64,000 bases of DNA. Source: the human T2T-CHM13v2.0 reference genome, Homo sapiens. Below the pieces are notes generated by a model. It was not told the origin of the DNA, did not search any database, and was given only the letters and a program-made list of their open reading frames with translations. Below are positions 1 to 13,544 of the stretch, piece by piece. A program made the translations under genes and the position numbers. Location: the NCBI RefSeq assembly GCF_009914755.1, contig NC_060926.1; one strand, written 5' to 3'. Positions within the stretch are counted from its first letter, which is position 1. Every line of letters begins with the position of its first letter.

Positions 1-9
1 AGTTTTTGT

Positions 10-20
10 TGATTAAATTA
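10..20 (-). promoter_or_regulatory. DUX4 consensus motif upstream of the TRIM43 start codon
   Basis: TGATTAAATTA is the reverse complement of TAATTTAATCA, an exact match to TAAYBBAATCA. A one-mismatch copy TAAACCAATCA lies at 252-262. Confidence 0.6.
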
Positions 21-638
21 ACATAGTAGCCTAGAAAAACAATGATTCTTAGCTTTACCTTGGAGAGGTGCCTTACCTTGATTTGACTGTTTTTCCTTGG
101 AGAGTAAAGGCTAGCTTTTTCTGATTTGGGTCAAAGTATGAGTTCTGCTCTAACATTTTCAAGCAATGTCCTTCTGGAAAAGTCATTATGGATGGTTGTT
201 ATAGTTAAATAAAATAATGAGAGTAGAAGAGCTTAGTTAGCTTTCCTTCTTTAAACCAATCACTGGCAATTAAGAGTGTTACTGATTTTCAGACCATTCA
301 AGACTCAAACCTTGAGTTTACAGGTTGATGAAACCCTTGAAGCCCAAGCAATTTGGTGGATACTAACACCTCAAAAAATCCGACATTCTTCCATGCAAGA
401 AAGTAGAGTTTGGAAAGCTGGTCATGTGTTGATTGGAGAACAGTCACTTTTTATAGAGGTTGATGTCTCTTTGTGCCTTAGTTTTCTGTTTTTCCTATTT
501 CTGTCATTGCAGATTAAAGCCTATACTTCTTTAGAAAGAAAGGATATTATTCGATCACGATCTGATTCAAACTTTGCTTGGATCTTTGTCTCTCCAGGGT
601 AGAAGATTAAATTCCTGTGGTTTTCTTTCCTTAGGAAA

Positions 639-1049
639 ATGGACTCAGACTTCTCACATGCCTTCCAGAAGGAACTCACCTGCGTCATCTGTTTGAACTA
701 CCTGGTAGACCCTGTCACCATCTGCTGTGGGCACAGCTTCTGTAGGCCCTGTCTCTGCCTTTCGTGGGAGGAAGCCCAAAGTCCTGCAAACTGCCCTGCA
801 TGCAGGGAACCATCACCGAAAATGGACTTCAAAACCAATATTCTTCTGAAGAATTTAGTGACCATTGCCAGAAAAGCCAGTCTCTGGCAATTCCTGAGCT
901 CTGAGAAACAAATATGTGGGACCCATAGGCAAACAAAGAAGATGTTCTGTGACATGGACAAGAGTCTCCTCTGCTTGCTGTGCTCCAACTCTCAGGAGCA
1001 CGGGGCTCACAAACACCATCCCATCGAAGAGGCAGCTGAGGAACACCGG
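639..1049 (+). CDS. TRIM43: TRIM43-family gene, coding exon 1 (RING + B-box2), 411 nt
   Basis: Acceptor ttag|GAAAATG (AG at 633-634), donor CGG|gtaaga at 1050. Encodes [18 protein letters not shown]...CGHSFCRPC...CPAC (C3HC4 RING) and CGTH...CDMD...CLLC...HGAHKH (B-box). Which paralogue (TRIM43, TRIM43B or another copy) cannot be settled by eye. Confidence 0.95.
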
Positions 1050-1664
1050 GTAAGAGATAGCTCTGTGATCACCTGAAAGCTGGAGGGTGGCAGAGTTAAA
1101 GATATTAGAAGGATGATGAGAATCATGGTGATTACTCCATTCTTTACTGAGTGCCAGGTGCTGTTCTAGGTACCAATGATGACATTTTGAATAAAATGTG
1201 CAACTCTACCTTCCTTCATGGAGCTTGCACCCAAAAAGAGACTGATTAAGTAAATGTCATTATTATTGACTCTACAGTTCAATGCTAATGACATTGAAAA
1301 GCTACCAAAACTACCAGTGCAAAGAAAGGTATTTTGGAAATATATTTAATATTACTGGACAAATGAGTATGGGAGTAGCACACTACAAAATCAGGGGCTA
1401 GCATAGTGGGTTCTGAAGCAGGATGTTTCCCTGAACTAATTTAGCTGGGTTACAGGAAATCTTCACTCTTCAGTTCCCTAAGCTGTTCTACATTCTGAAA
1501 CCTCAAACTGAAAAATATCAATTAAGGATGAGCAATGAAAAATTTTGTTTTTTTCTCCTCTCACTAATGTATTTATATATTATCCCTTGCCTGTGTATAC
1601 CACTCAGATTGTGGAATCTTTGGCATTTGACTTTCTGTTGTTCAACCTTGTAATTCTTTTGCAG

Positions 1665-1760
1665 GAGAAACTCTTAAAGCAAATGAGGATTTTATGGAAA
1701 AAGATTCAAGAAAATCAGAGAAATCTATATGAGGAGGGAAGAACAGCCTTCCTCTGGAGG
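1665..1760 (+). CDS. TRIM43: TRIM43-family coding exon 2 (coiled coil), 96 nt
   Basis: ttttgcag|GAGAAA...TGGAGG|gtaagt; [32 protein letters not shown]; canonical 96-nt TRIM exon. Confidence 0.95.
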
Positions 1761-2820
1761 GTAAGTATGAGACCGTGAGTCCTCCTGACCAGCTTGAGAC
1801 AGGCATGCTGACAACATTTATATTAGCAACTTGAGTTGAAATTCTTATGCCAGATTTTGTCATGTGTTTATTCATAGGCTGGAAAACAACCAGACTGTTC
1901 AACATAACGATTGTTCAGGTTTTCTGTAAATGCTTTTCAGATAAGTAAAAAATAAATATAAATTCTGAAGGGCAAGTATGTGCTTAAAATTAATAAGTAT
2001 TTCAGACAGAGTTTTCTGTATAAAATTAATTATGAAATGTTGATTAAATAGTATATAATTGAGAAATAAAGGCATTTATTGGTGAATATGATATTGTCCA
2101 GGGGGAAGAAATCGGGTGGGAACAGTAATTTAAGAAATGTGCCTGTGCTGGTGAAATCTGATAGCAAAGGACCCACATGATGCCAGTCCGAGTAGGAGAA
2201 AATGCAACATGAGGAAAAGCTGAGGAGAAGGGATAAAAAATGACTGGGGCAGTGAGAGGATAAATATGTCATTATTGAGAGGAGAAACACAATGGAATGG
2301 GGATTAATGTTCTTAGAATGGCAGTGCAATACAGAGTCTATGGATTTGACAGAAGAAAGATAGGAGACAGAAAAGAGGTAGTCGGTTTGAGAGATGGGGG
2401 TTAAATTTTTTACTAAGATCCTTTTTGTGTGATGGCTTCTGATCCTGATTATAATATACTAAAAACATTTCTACTAAGAGTGATTGTTCAGGCTGTGAAG
2501 TACAGAGATTTGAAACAACAACCTAAGTGAATAACAAAGATTATGTGTATTATCCATGACAATGTAACAATCAATCATAAATTTTAGTTGTTTTCTAATT
2601 GTATTTCCGATTTGATTTAAACATTTAAACCTAAAGGGCTTTTTTGCAGGTGTTTGGGAATTGATGAATTACATAAATTTTGAAGGAAGGTCTTGCTTAA
2701 CTCATCATCCTGTTTGTAAAGGATGGAAAATAAAAGAAGGAATGAGGAGGATGAAGTTGTGGGCTCTGTGAGGTGGAAGTAGGCCTGGGTATATAACCTA
2801 CAAAATTCATATCCCTACAG

Positions 2821-3051
2821 GGCGATGTGGTTTTACGGGCACAGATGATCAGGAATGAGTATAGGAAGCTGCATCCGGTTCTCCATAAGGAAGAAAAACA
2901 ACATTTAGAGAGACTGAACAAGGAATACCAAGAGATTTTTCAGCAACTCCAGAGAAGTTGGGTCAAAATGGATCAAAAGAGTAAACACTTGAAAGAAATG
3001 TATCAGGAACTAATGGAAATGTGTCATAAACCAGAGGTGGAGCTGCTCCAG
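2821..3051 (+). CDS. TRIM43: TRIM43-family coding exon 3 (coiled coil), 231 nt
   Basis: ccctacag|GGCGAT...CTCCAG|gtaaga; [17 protein letters not shown]...[10 protein letters not shown]; canonical 231-nt TRIM exon. Confidence 0.95.
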
Positions 3052-3553
3052 GTAAGAATGGAGGATGCCCCTTGAGACACTTTGTGTTAGCTGACCTTTA
3101 CATCTTTGCCTTCCATTGGGTACCAAAGACATTATTTCCTCATCTCCTGCACTGACGGTGAGAGTCATTCCCACCGGTTATAGAGATAAACTATAACTCC
3201 TACGCTAATCATGGAAATAAAGCTTTATGGAATTGTGCAACTAGATTTCCATACAACATTTTCTACCACAAGCTTCCTCCTCCAGCACATTTCATTAAAA
3301 CTCTGGAAGAAAAAATTTCATGCTTGATTTGAGCCACATTACACTTTGGGGACTAGCCCTGAAAAAGACCACATTGTAGACAGCTGCAGCAATGCGCAGT
3401 CACTACTCACACCTTTCTCTCTCACTCAAATTTAGGGTCCTTAATTTATCAGAAATCCATATTGTCAATAGGTCTTACTGGTATAATTGTTAGAGATGAG
3501 AATACATTTTAAAAGAGTGGCAGTAATAGTATACGGTAATTCTAAAGTTTTGA

Positions 3554-3895
<342 letters not shown>

Positions 3896-3947
3896 AGAAT
3901 AACAACTTTCTAAAGAAGTCATTTTTTTTTTCTCTCTCTCTCTACAG

Positions 3948-3970
3948 GATTTGGGAGACATCGTGGCAAG
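3948..3970 (+). CDS. TRIM43: TRIM43-family coding exon 4, 23 nt
   Basis: Long pyrimidine tract then tacag|GATTTGGGAGACATCGTGGCAAG|gtatgt (DLGDIVA-R); canonical 23-nt TRIM micro-exon. Confidence 0.93.
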
Positions 3971-4498
3971 GTATGTTTTTGGCCGTCAGTGCAAACTGGA
4001 GCACAAGGCATGCTATGAAAAACATCAAGCTGTTTCCAACAAAGTGAAAACATAATTTACTAACACCATAATGTGTCAGTGTGATTGTGTGTGTATGTGT
4101 GTGTAGTCATGTGTTTATGTGGTATGATGAATGTCATCTATGCCTTTTATCAGACATTAATCTTTTCTTACTTTCCCAAGTGACTCAGGGGTTTATGTTT
4201 TGAAGAGTGCAATGCAGAGGTTGCTAGAATACAGTTGCCTCTTTTTGCGATTCAGAATCATAATTAGAGATAAACTATTTGGTGGCAGATAGGGAGAGAG
4301 GCATTTATCTTTCAGGGGCAGTAGGTTAGAAATGGAGTGAATAGTTAGAAAGATTCCCTAAGAGCCACAAACCCATCCTAGCGTTGTGGAGGTACATTAC
4401 GGTATCAGAAGTGGGTTTGAATGAAGCATTTTCTGTTGGAATCTGTTTCTTAAACACAGACATCAGAAAGTTAACCAACTCAACCTACTTCCTTGCAG

Positions 4499-4596
4499 GA
4501 GTGAGTCCGTGCTGCTGCACATGCCCCAGCCTGTGAATCCAGAGCTCACTGCAGGACCCATCACTGGACTGGTGTACAGGCTCAACCGCTTCCGAG
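4499..4596 (+). CDS. TRIM43: TRIM43-family coding exon 5 (linker), 98 nt
   Basis: ccttgcag|GAGTGAG...TTCCGAG|gtgagt; [32 protein letters not shown]. Confidence 0.94.
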
Positions 4597-5710
4597 GTGA
4601 GTGTGGCCCTGTTGGTGGGATCCACATGCAATGCCTTCAATTATGGTTTTCTATGGGCAGCTTTCCCAGTGTAATGATCTTTCATCTAGAAGAAGAGAAT
4701 AGCCTGTGAATAGGTATTTATATTTATAGTTTCACTATCATCAAACAGACAAAACGAAATAAAAGCTGGTGAAATGTAATAGGAATCAGCCATATAACAA
4801 ATTTCTTAGAAAAATAAAACATGCAGAAGGGCTCTTTAGGACTTTAGGAACCATTCTCTGATACAATTTCATGTATACAATTATTACATGAAGTATACAG
4901 AACTGAATTCAGGACATTTCAATTTCAAATTCAGTGCAGTTAACGACTGATTTGAGTGACAGCGTTTTTTTAAAAAAAATACATTTTTAGGTGATGTTTC
5001 ATAGCATTTATAATTTTAATCATGTTTTTAATCAACTAAAGCATACATGAGTAACTTATATAACAATGCAAAAACTGAGAATCTGTCAACAATAGGAACA
5101 TGATTTGGTGGTTGATGAGGTCTTAGATAGAACTCCAGGATAGATCATGACAAATCCAGCAGAATAAAAGAAGTCTGTGCCTGAATCTGGCATGAAAGTC
5201 AGATAATTTTTGCAAGGAATCAGCACTTTTCAGAAGGCAGATTCAGGTTTTCTCTTTAAGTATGAATTTGCTAGGTTAAGTGGCAGATCATAATATTTCT
5301 GGAAAGTGATAACTTTTTTATTTGGGACTAAGAATAGCTCCCCACCTCATCTCCTGTCCAAAGCCTCCTGCTCTGCCCTGACAGAGACGAGACAATGAAG
5401 GTTAATTTTATGGCTATGGACTTGGCTGCAGTGGAGGAGCTTCCAGTTTTTCAGTTGTTATGAAAGGTCGCTAACGAGACATAGACATGACCTTCCTCCC
5501 CTTTATACTTTTTGAGTTTATGGAAATTGTGATCATCCTAGTTTAGCCATTTACTTGTGCAGATCTCCTAACACCCTTTGATTCCAACATTTTTCCAGAC
5601 AGAAGTTTCTTTCTAATCTTGACCTGTGTTTTCTAGTGAGAATCTCTTTCTTATCTGAACATAAGAATTTACAAACTGATTTTCACTGGAACATTCTCTT
5701 TTTTCTACAG

Positions 5711-6192
5711 TGGAAATTTCCTTCCATTTTGAAGTAACCAATCACAATATCAGGCTCTTTGAGGATGTGAGAAGTTGGATGTTTAGACGTGGACCTTTGA
5801 ATTCTGACAGATCTGACTATTTTGCTGCATGGGGAGCCAGGGTCTTCTCCTTTGGGAAACACTACTGGGAGCTGGATGTGGACAACTCTTGTGACTGGGC
5901 TCTGGGAGTCTGTAACAACTCCTGGATAAGGAAGAATAGCACAATGGTTAACTCTGAGGACATATTTCTTCTTTTGTGTCTGAAGGTGGATAATCATTTC
6001 AATCTCTTGACCACCTCCCCAGTGTTTCCTCACTACATAGAGAAACCTCTGGGCCGGGTTGGTGTGTTTCTTGATTTTGAAAGTGGAAGTGTGAGTTTTT
6101 TGAATGTCACCAAGAGTTCCCTCATATGGAGTTACCCAGCTGGCTCCTTAACTTTTCCTGTCAGGTCTTTCTTTTACACTGGCCACAGATGA
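5711..6192 (+). CDS. TRIM43: TRIM43-family last coding exon (PRY-SPRY/B30.2), 482 nt including stop
   Basis: ttctacag|TGGAAATT; GKHYWELDV...WALGVC...[18 protein letters not shown]; TGA ends at 6192. Exon sum 411+96+231+23+98+482 = 1341 nt = 446 aa, frame intact. Confidence 0.95.
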
Positions 6193-6317
6193 TCAGGATT
6201 AAGAAAACTTACTGTTTGGGAACTCCATATACAAGGGAGCCCTTCACTGTTGATACAAAGAAATCATACTGTTCAGGCTTTTTTGTACTTTAGTGTCACT
6301 TCATTTTATTGCTATTA

Positions 6318-6323
6318 AATAAA
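6318..6323 (+). terminator. Probable polyadenylation signal of the TRIM43-family gene
   Basis: AATAAA about 125 nt after the stop codon, with T-rich sequence downstream. Confidence 0.6.
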
Positions 6324-6657
6324 AAATTTGTAAAAGGCAAAACTTTTTGTACATTTTCTTACAATTAAAATAATCTCTTATGGACCATTACCTAAAATAC
6401 GTATTGTGATTTTCAAGTGTTTGTGAATTTATTGGATGGAATTCTGGAAATATGTGGGTGTGTGATTCCAACTTAATGATCTCATTCAGGAACAACTTTT
6501 GTACATCATGGGCAGACGGGGTTTTGTACAATGCACTTGTAAGTGTGAGAGTTCCCTCCTATTAATACAGTAAATTCTACACCTCATCCCTTTGGGGGGA
6601 AAAATTTATTTCACACAGAAGTTGTCACTGAATCTTTGGGCTAGAACAGGAATTTAA

Positions 6658-6802
6658 CAGTCATGCATCCTATGGCAACAAAATACATTCTGAGAAATGC
6701 ATTATTAGGCGATTTCATCATTGTGTGAACATCAGAACACACTACAAAAACCTAGATAGTATATTCATCTACAGACATAGGCTAATGGTACAGCCTATTG
6801 CT
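6658..6802 (+). mobile_element. Tigger3/MER7-type DNA transposon fragment
   Basis: CAGTCATGC...TTCTGAGAAATGCATTATTAGGCGATTTCATCATTGTGTGAACATC resembles the Tigger3 end as recalled. Confidence 0.7.
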
Positions 6803-9186
6803 TTTCTGAGAATTTGCTAGCGATGTCTGAGCAAGAACCAAAAGGGTTTAACCCACATTGAATTCTGCAGCTGTTTAATAAAGCAAACAGCATCATCCAG
6901 GGAATAATAGATGTGCAGACTGTCTGCTTTAAAATGTGTTTATATTTCCAATTCACACAGACTGTGAATTCTCATTGACAACCTAGAGACCAGACATAAC
7001 CAACACCTCATGTTACATTGGAAACATATTAGTATCAGGTAAAAATAAATAAATAAATAAATAAACAAACTAACTAAATTAAACCAAAACAAAAAGTGAA
7101 ACAAACAAAACCCAGTTCTGATGAAAACCCAGTTTATAGTGAGTCCATTGAGTCTGTCTAGCCACCAGATGGTCATTTTCATGATCACTGATTAAATAAT
7201 GGAAACATTCTACTTCCAGTCCAGCAGATGATCCTGGCTGATGTCTGAGGTTCATTGCTTGGGGCTGTTACCTAGAATATATTCAAACGGCCTTTCCAGG
7301 TAGCTCCCTGGGCTTGCTCACAGCATGGTAGATAATTTTCCACAGTGAAGATTCCCATAGAGTCAGGAGAATTGTATACTACCATTATTCCAGAGAGTAA
7401 AACATCAGCTGTAGCCACAACCCTACACAAAGTAAAGGGACTAGAACACACACACAGCAGTAGCAGTCTTGAAGTTACATCATAGAAAAACAATGTGGGA
7501 TGGAATATATATTTTAGCACTCTTTTAGAGAGAGTGGGGGAGGAATATAACCTACTACACCTACTCTTCCTAAGAAGTGGACACTGAGGATCTATATCCA
7601 GAGACTGGGGGTCCTGTAAAACATGAGATCCAACGAGCCCCTTATAGAAACACCATTCAAGTTCCAGATTCCTGGAAAAGGGCAATTGACAATTGACCAG
7701 GTAAATATTCTTTTGGAAATTTTCTTCAAGATTTGGTATCAACTGGACAATCATTATGAACACAGCACAGCAAAATCACTGAGGAAGATGCACATGACAC
7801 TGGAGTAGAGGGGGGGAAGGGGTGGTCCATCTCCTTCAAGATGACCAGGGAGAGACACAGTAATTCTATGTCAATGAGATGAAAAAGGTCAGGGCATCCT
7901 TGTCAGGAACCGCCTTCTGATGTCTATACGCGGCTGCAAACTATTCATGTAGGCCTTCTGAATGCCTTGTACTTCCCAAGATTTCTTGATGTTAAGAACC
8001 ACTGACTGGGGTTCATAGTACGTAGAATACCTTCAGCATAGAGGGTGACAAAGTCTTTCCCTCAAAAGCCAGAAATTCAGAAACCTGTAGCTGAGTCATC
8101 CACTGGACCTTACCAGTAAGTGTGGGCTGAAGAGAGAGACACTGGCTTTAACCTCAGATAAAAGCTGTTCCATTCTCATTGCCTTGTAGCCTCTCATACT
8201 CAGAAGGAAAGGTGAGGCTCGGTCCTGTGACTGTTCATTCTTCCAGACTGTGAAAGTTTTTGATGCTGACTCAGAGAAATGTCCTCTGTTTACTAAAATA
8301 TAATATCTATTAACATTCTGCTGCAAAGGAGATAGGCCCTGTCTTGTCGCAGTCCTCTCAACCTGTGCCCATATGTTCCACTCCTCTGGCCCGTACTGAA
8401 CCATGATGCCTGCCAGAATCACTCTGAAATTCTTCTGTCCCTCTGTCAGTTTTCTGGCCCAGTTCTCAGAACGCAGGTCCCTGTCTGTCCGCTTTGCAAT
8501 GATCTGTCCATGCCCTTCAAATTCACAACATAAGAAGAGTTGATCATTAAAATATCCCAGAATGGGAAATAGGGGTTCCCTGTTCTGTCTGAGACCAGCA
8601 ATGCAGATGCAGGATTCTAAGGGAGGAGGAGAAAGCAAAAGTTGGTGTCCTTGAAACTGCTCAGTCACATCCTTGTGACATCTAAAAGGGTAAAAGGTAT
8701 TCAGGGTTAAATAATTGGAACAGAAGGAGGACAGTCAAGTTCAGGCATATATGGAGAAAGAGAGCTTCTGTCAGTGCCTGACACCAAGTAAAACTCTTTC
8801 TTTAATGGAATGCACCCATAAATGTGTCAGAAAAATAACCCTTGGTGAGGAAAACCAAAGTTGCAGAGAACAAGGGATAAAGAAGACAGCAAGCAACATT
8901 TCCTGCAGATTTCAAAATAATTCTTGAGTGCTTACATTTCCTGGAATTGCTGTGAGGCTACTGTGTATTATCACCCACTATGAAAAAGTCAGCTGAGAGT
9001 AATATGGTATCATGGTTAAGAGCAATGTCTTGAAGCTAAATTGCCTGGGTTTGATTCCCAAACTCACTGCTCATAAGCCTCCTTCCCAGAACAAAGTGCC
9101 CTTCTCAAAGCCTTGTGTGTGGGTGTGGGGTGTATGGGTGTGTTAGGCATATTTTTATATAATATAGCAGTTGTATATTCACAGTA

Positions 9187-9188
<2 letters not shown>

Positions 9189-9225
<37 letters not shown>

Positions 9226-9235
9226 ATATATATGT
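9189..9235. repeat. (TG)n/(TA)n microsatellite
   Basis: Direct reading. Confidence 0.95.
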
Positions 9236-9917
9236 GCTGGGATTATAGGTGTCAGCCAATGCGTCTGGCTTACTCTCACTTTTAACTATTGTCTTAGAAG
9301 CATGCATGACTCAATTTGTTTTTCAATTCACGAATATATCTAATGGTTTAGAGAGTTATTTTTTAACTGAACTGTCACGTTTTGCAATTATGATATCTTT
9401 ATTTCTATTCAACCCTCACATTATTTACTTCTTTTTCTTGTCTAGTTGCATTGAAAAGGAGATCAAGCAAGGTGTTGAACACAAGTGATGATAACAGGAT
9501 TTATATCTCATTCCCATTCCTGGGTAGAAGCTTTCAAATTCTCCATTAAATATGGTACTGGCTCTAAGTTATTACATTCTTATTAGAGAAAGTTCATGGC
9601 TATTTGTTTTTAATAGTGCTTTCAAAATCATAAATGACCATTTCATTGTATCAAATATTTTCTTCCTCTTTTTACAGGAACAATGATATGTATTTCATCC
9701 TGTTCATGTCGTGATTACTTATTTCATTTTCTGATGTTACATTAGTCAACCTTTCTAGAATAAGCTCCACTTGGAGATGATATGAGTTTATCTCTCACAA
9801 GATTTGACTAGCTAGCTTTTTTGAATTGTTGCACCTATATTTATTTTAGAGTCTGTACTGCAATTTGCATTTCTTGTAACACACTTTTCAGGATCGAATA
9901 TCAAAATTATATGTTGG

Positions 9918-10085
9918 AGCTTGGCACAGCAGCTAGAGCCTGTCATCACAGCCCTTTGGGAGGCCAAGACAGGAGGATCACTCGAGCCTAGAAGTTCTGG
10001 GCTTCAGTGAGCTATGATCTTGCCATCGCACTTCAGCTTGGGCAACAGAGAGAGAAGCTGTTTACAAAAAGTAAAAGAAAACACA
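9918..10085 (+). mobile_element. Old Alu monomer/AluJ fragment
   Basis: GGGAGGCCAAGACAGGAGGATCACTCGAGCC...CTTGGGCAACAGAG followed by an A-rich tail. Confidence 0.75.
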
Positions 10086-10530
10086 ACAGAAAACCAAAGT
10101 TACAAGTTGGGAAGTATTACTGCTTTTTTCTGTTCTCTAGAAGGGTTTGTCTAAAAGCGTGTGATTTTTTTTTCTTAAATGTTGTGAATATTTCACTGAA
10201 AAAGATCACCAGGTTTTTCGCTGGGAGAAGTTTTGTTTTTTAAATAATAGGGTAAATTTTTAGAATCTAAATCATATCTTAGATTTGTCTATGGTTTCTT
10301 CTGTTGGTTTTTGTCAGATATGTTTTTCAGGGAAATTTCTCATTTCATCTAAATCATCAAGTGTATGAACATAAAAGTCATCTTAAAATCTTCTTATTAA
10401 CATATTAATTTGTGGATGACCTAAGTGTTGGCCTATTTATTTTTGATTTGAACTCCTCTTCTCCATTTTTTAATTGAGTCTCACTAAGAATTTATCAATT
10501 TAATTGATCTATTTAAAGAGCCTACTTTTG

Positions 10531-10950
<420 letters not shown>

Positions 10951-11139
10951 TTAATGCTTTATTTCTAAATAACAGATGAATATAATGCTATACATTTTCT
11001 TCTTAACATTGTTTTAATTAAATCTCAGAAGTTTTGTTTCTATATATCTTGAATATTATCCCATGAAAAATATATTCATTGCTTTTCTTTAATTCATGCA
11101 TTTACAGAGACACTGTAAAAGAAAGAGAAGAAAATACTT

Positions 11140-11495
11140 TTTTAAACCTTTATTTTAAGTATAGCAATACATGCGCAGGTTTGTTACATGGGTAATCTTG
11201 TGTCATCAGGGTTTGTTGTATAGATTATTTTATCAACCAGGTCTCAAGCCTAGCACCCATTAGTTATTTTTCCTGATCCTCTCCCTCTTCTAATCCCCCA
11301 CCCTCCTATAGGTCCCAGCGTGTGTTGTTCCCCTCTATGTGTCCATATGTTCTCATTATTTAGCTCCCACTTATAAGTGAGAACATGCACTATTTGGTTT
11401 TCTGTTCCTGTGTTAGTTTGCTAAAGATAATAGCCTCCAGCTCCTTCCCTGTCCCTGCAAAAGACATGATCTAATAATTTTTTATGGCTGCATAG
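11140..11495 (-). mobile_element. L1PA-type 3' end fragment
   Basis: CAGGTTTGTTACATGGGTA...TTTAGCTCCCACTTATAAGTGAGAACATG...TTTATGGCTGCATAGT is antisense L1 3' UTR. Confidence 0.88.
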
Positions 11496-11639
11496 TGGGA
11501 ATACATTTTCTAGTTACATTATAAAACAATAAGAAACAACTGAAATTAATTTTAATAAAAATCGTTAACCAAATATATCCAATAGGTTTCGACACGATTA
11601 ACATTACAAACGTTAGTAAGATATTTTGTATTGTTACTT

Positions 11640-11935
11640 TTTTGTTTATCTGTTTGTTTTGAGACAGGGTCTTCCTCTGTCACCCAGGCTGGCATGCAGA
11701 GATGGGCATTCCAGCTAACTGCAGCCTCAACACCCTGTGCTCCAGCAATCCTCCCACCTCAGCCTCCCCAGTAGCTGGGACTACAGGTGCTTGCCACAAC
11801 ACCCGGGTAAAGTTTTTTTTCTGTAATGATGAGGTTTCACAGTGTCGACCAGGCTGGTCTCAAACTTCTTGAATCATGAAACGTCCCACTGCAGCCTTCC
11901 AATGGCTGGTATTACAGGCATGATCAACTGCACTC
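11640..11935 (-). mobile_element. AluJ element
   Basis: Diverged antisense Alu dimer. Confidence 0.85.
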
Positions 11936-12831
11936 TGCTTTCTTACCTTTCGTGCTAAATTTTTGAAATTATGCACTAGAAGATCCGAAGTAAGAGAAGT
12001 GTTAAAAAAGATGAAGCCCCCAAATTGCAAGAACCACAGAGAGTAATAAACTGTGGTCCAAAGGTAATCAGACAGATTTAAACTCATATACAGAAAAACC
12101 AATCTAAAAAGAAAAGAAACGTTGATTATAAAGCGAGATTCTTGACTTTGTGATTGCAGACTTTGTGATTAGCAGTTTTCTATAATGGTAAAATCCAGGT
12201 CAGGCCATGAAAGTGGAGGCAGAGATACAATAAAGGAGAAGTTCTTTCAACCAGACCTCACAATCTAGTAGAAGTAACAGACACACTAGTAAAGCAACAA
12301 TCCCAGTACAACATGGAAACTGCCACAAATATCTATCTATTGGACATATAGAATCAAAGATCAAATCGTTTGCATGAGTCTTGAAGAATGAATGGAAATT
12401 TTCCGGGTGAATAAACAGTAACAGTTGTCCAGGTTCAGAAAAATGCCTGCATAAGGGAGAATTTGCTGTCTAAGGTGGTTTTCAATACCTGTGATTCTCG
12501 GCAGATGAGCAATGCTTTGATGGTCCAGAAAAACCGAGGGGTTAAAAGTGTATTTGTGGAATGCAACTTTTTATAAATCCAAAAAGTAACTTTAAAAGGA
12601 GACTGTGGATGGATTTCTGAATCACAAGTAAGGGAAACTCTGTCAGAGAGGACTTCCAACTGGACAATTTCAAATGAAGAATCCTTAGCTCATTTGAAAT
12701 ACCAAGGTCTTAGAAAAAGAGAACAGAGGCCATGGACTGGAGACGAGAGTTTGAGTTTTAAACAGGGTGGTCAGAAAATGCCTCAATGAAAAATTCATAT
12801 TGAGACAACGTCTTGAAGAGGAAGGCAAACA

Positions 12832-12834
<3 letters not shown>

Positions 12835-12886
<52 letters not shown>

Positions 12887-12916
12887 ATGCTTAGAGAGAG
12901 AAAGAGAGGCAGAGAG
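12835..12916. repeat. (TG)n followed by (GA)n microsatellite
   Basis: Direct reading. Confidence 0.95.
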
Positions 12917-13544
12917 AATTCTAGGTGAAGAAAACAACATGTGCAGTAATATTGAGTTTGTGTTTATTTTGAGGGCTGAGGAACCACAAAGAAGTTTATG
13001 TTTTATGTTAAAGTCAGTATGAAAAACAATGGAAAGAAATGAGATTAGATAGACAAAGAAGGCCAGATCATAAATGAAGCCTTATTAGCATAGGTTTTGC
13101 TTGGTGAAATGCATTGAGTTGAGCATGCTAGTCTGAGGCTATTTCACACATAATGAATTTAAATAACTTGCCCCAAATTTCAGAAATGAAAATAATTATT
13201 CCCTTTCTAGTCAATATAGCTCTAGAGTCTAACTATTAAGCCCGAACTGTCTTACTTTTCTATAAATATGAGTTGGAAAAGAGGAATCCAATTTGTTTTT
13301 CTTCTTTATGACTATCTTAGAAAAAACACTTTATCACGAATAAAGTGAATATATTTGGTTAGATACATCTATGTTCGTTGATCTTCATGCAGAAAAGAAA
13401 ACAGAGTAAAATTTCGTATAGTCTGAGAATTGGCAAGACTAAGAGTTAAAATATGGGATGTTCAAGAGACAAAGAGGAACCAGTGAGATTCAATAGGAGA
13501 TGAGTACGTCGGTTTTGTTTTTGACTAACCCGTTGTTACTGCAG

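Noticed and set aside
276-602. 108-aa ORF upstream of TRIM43
   Set aside because: Non-ATG start, intronic position, no recognisable domain.
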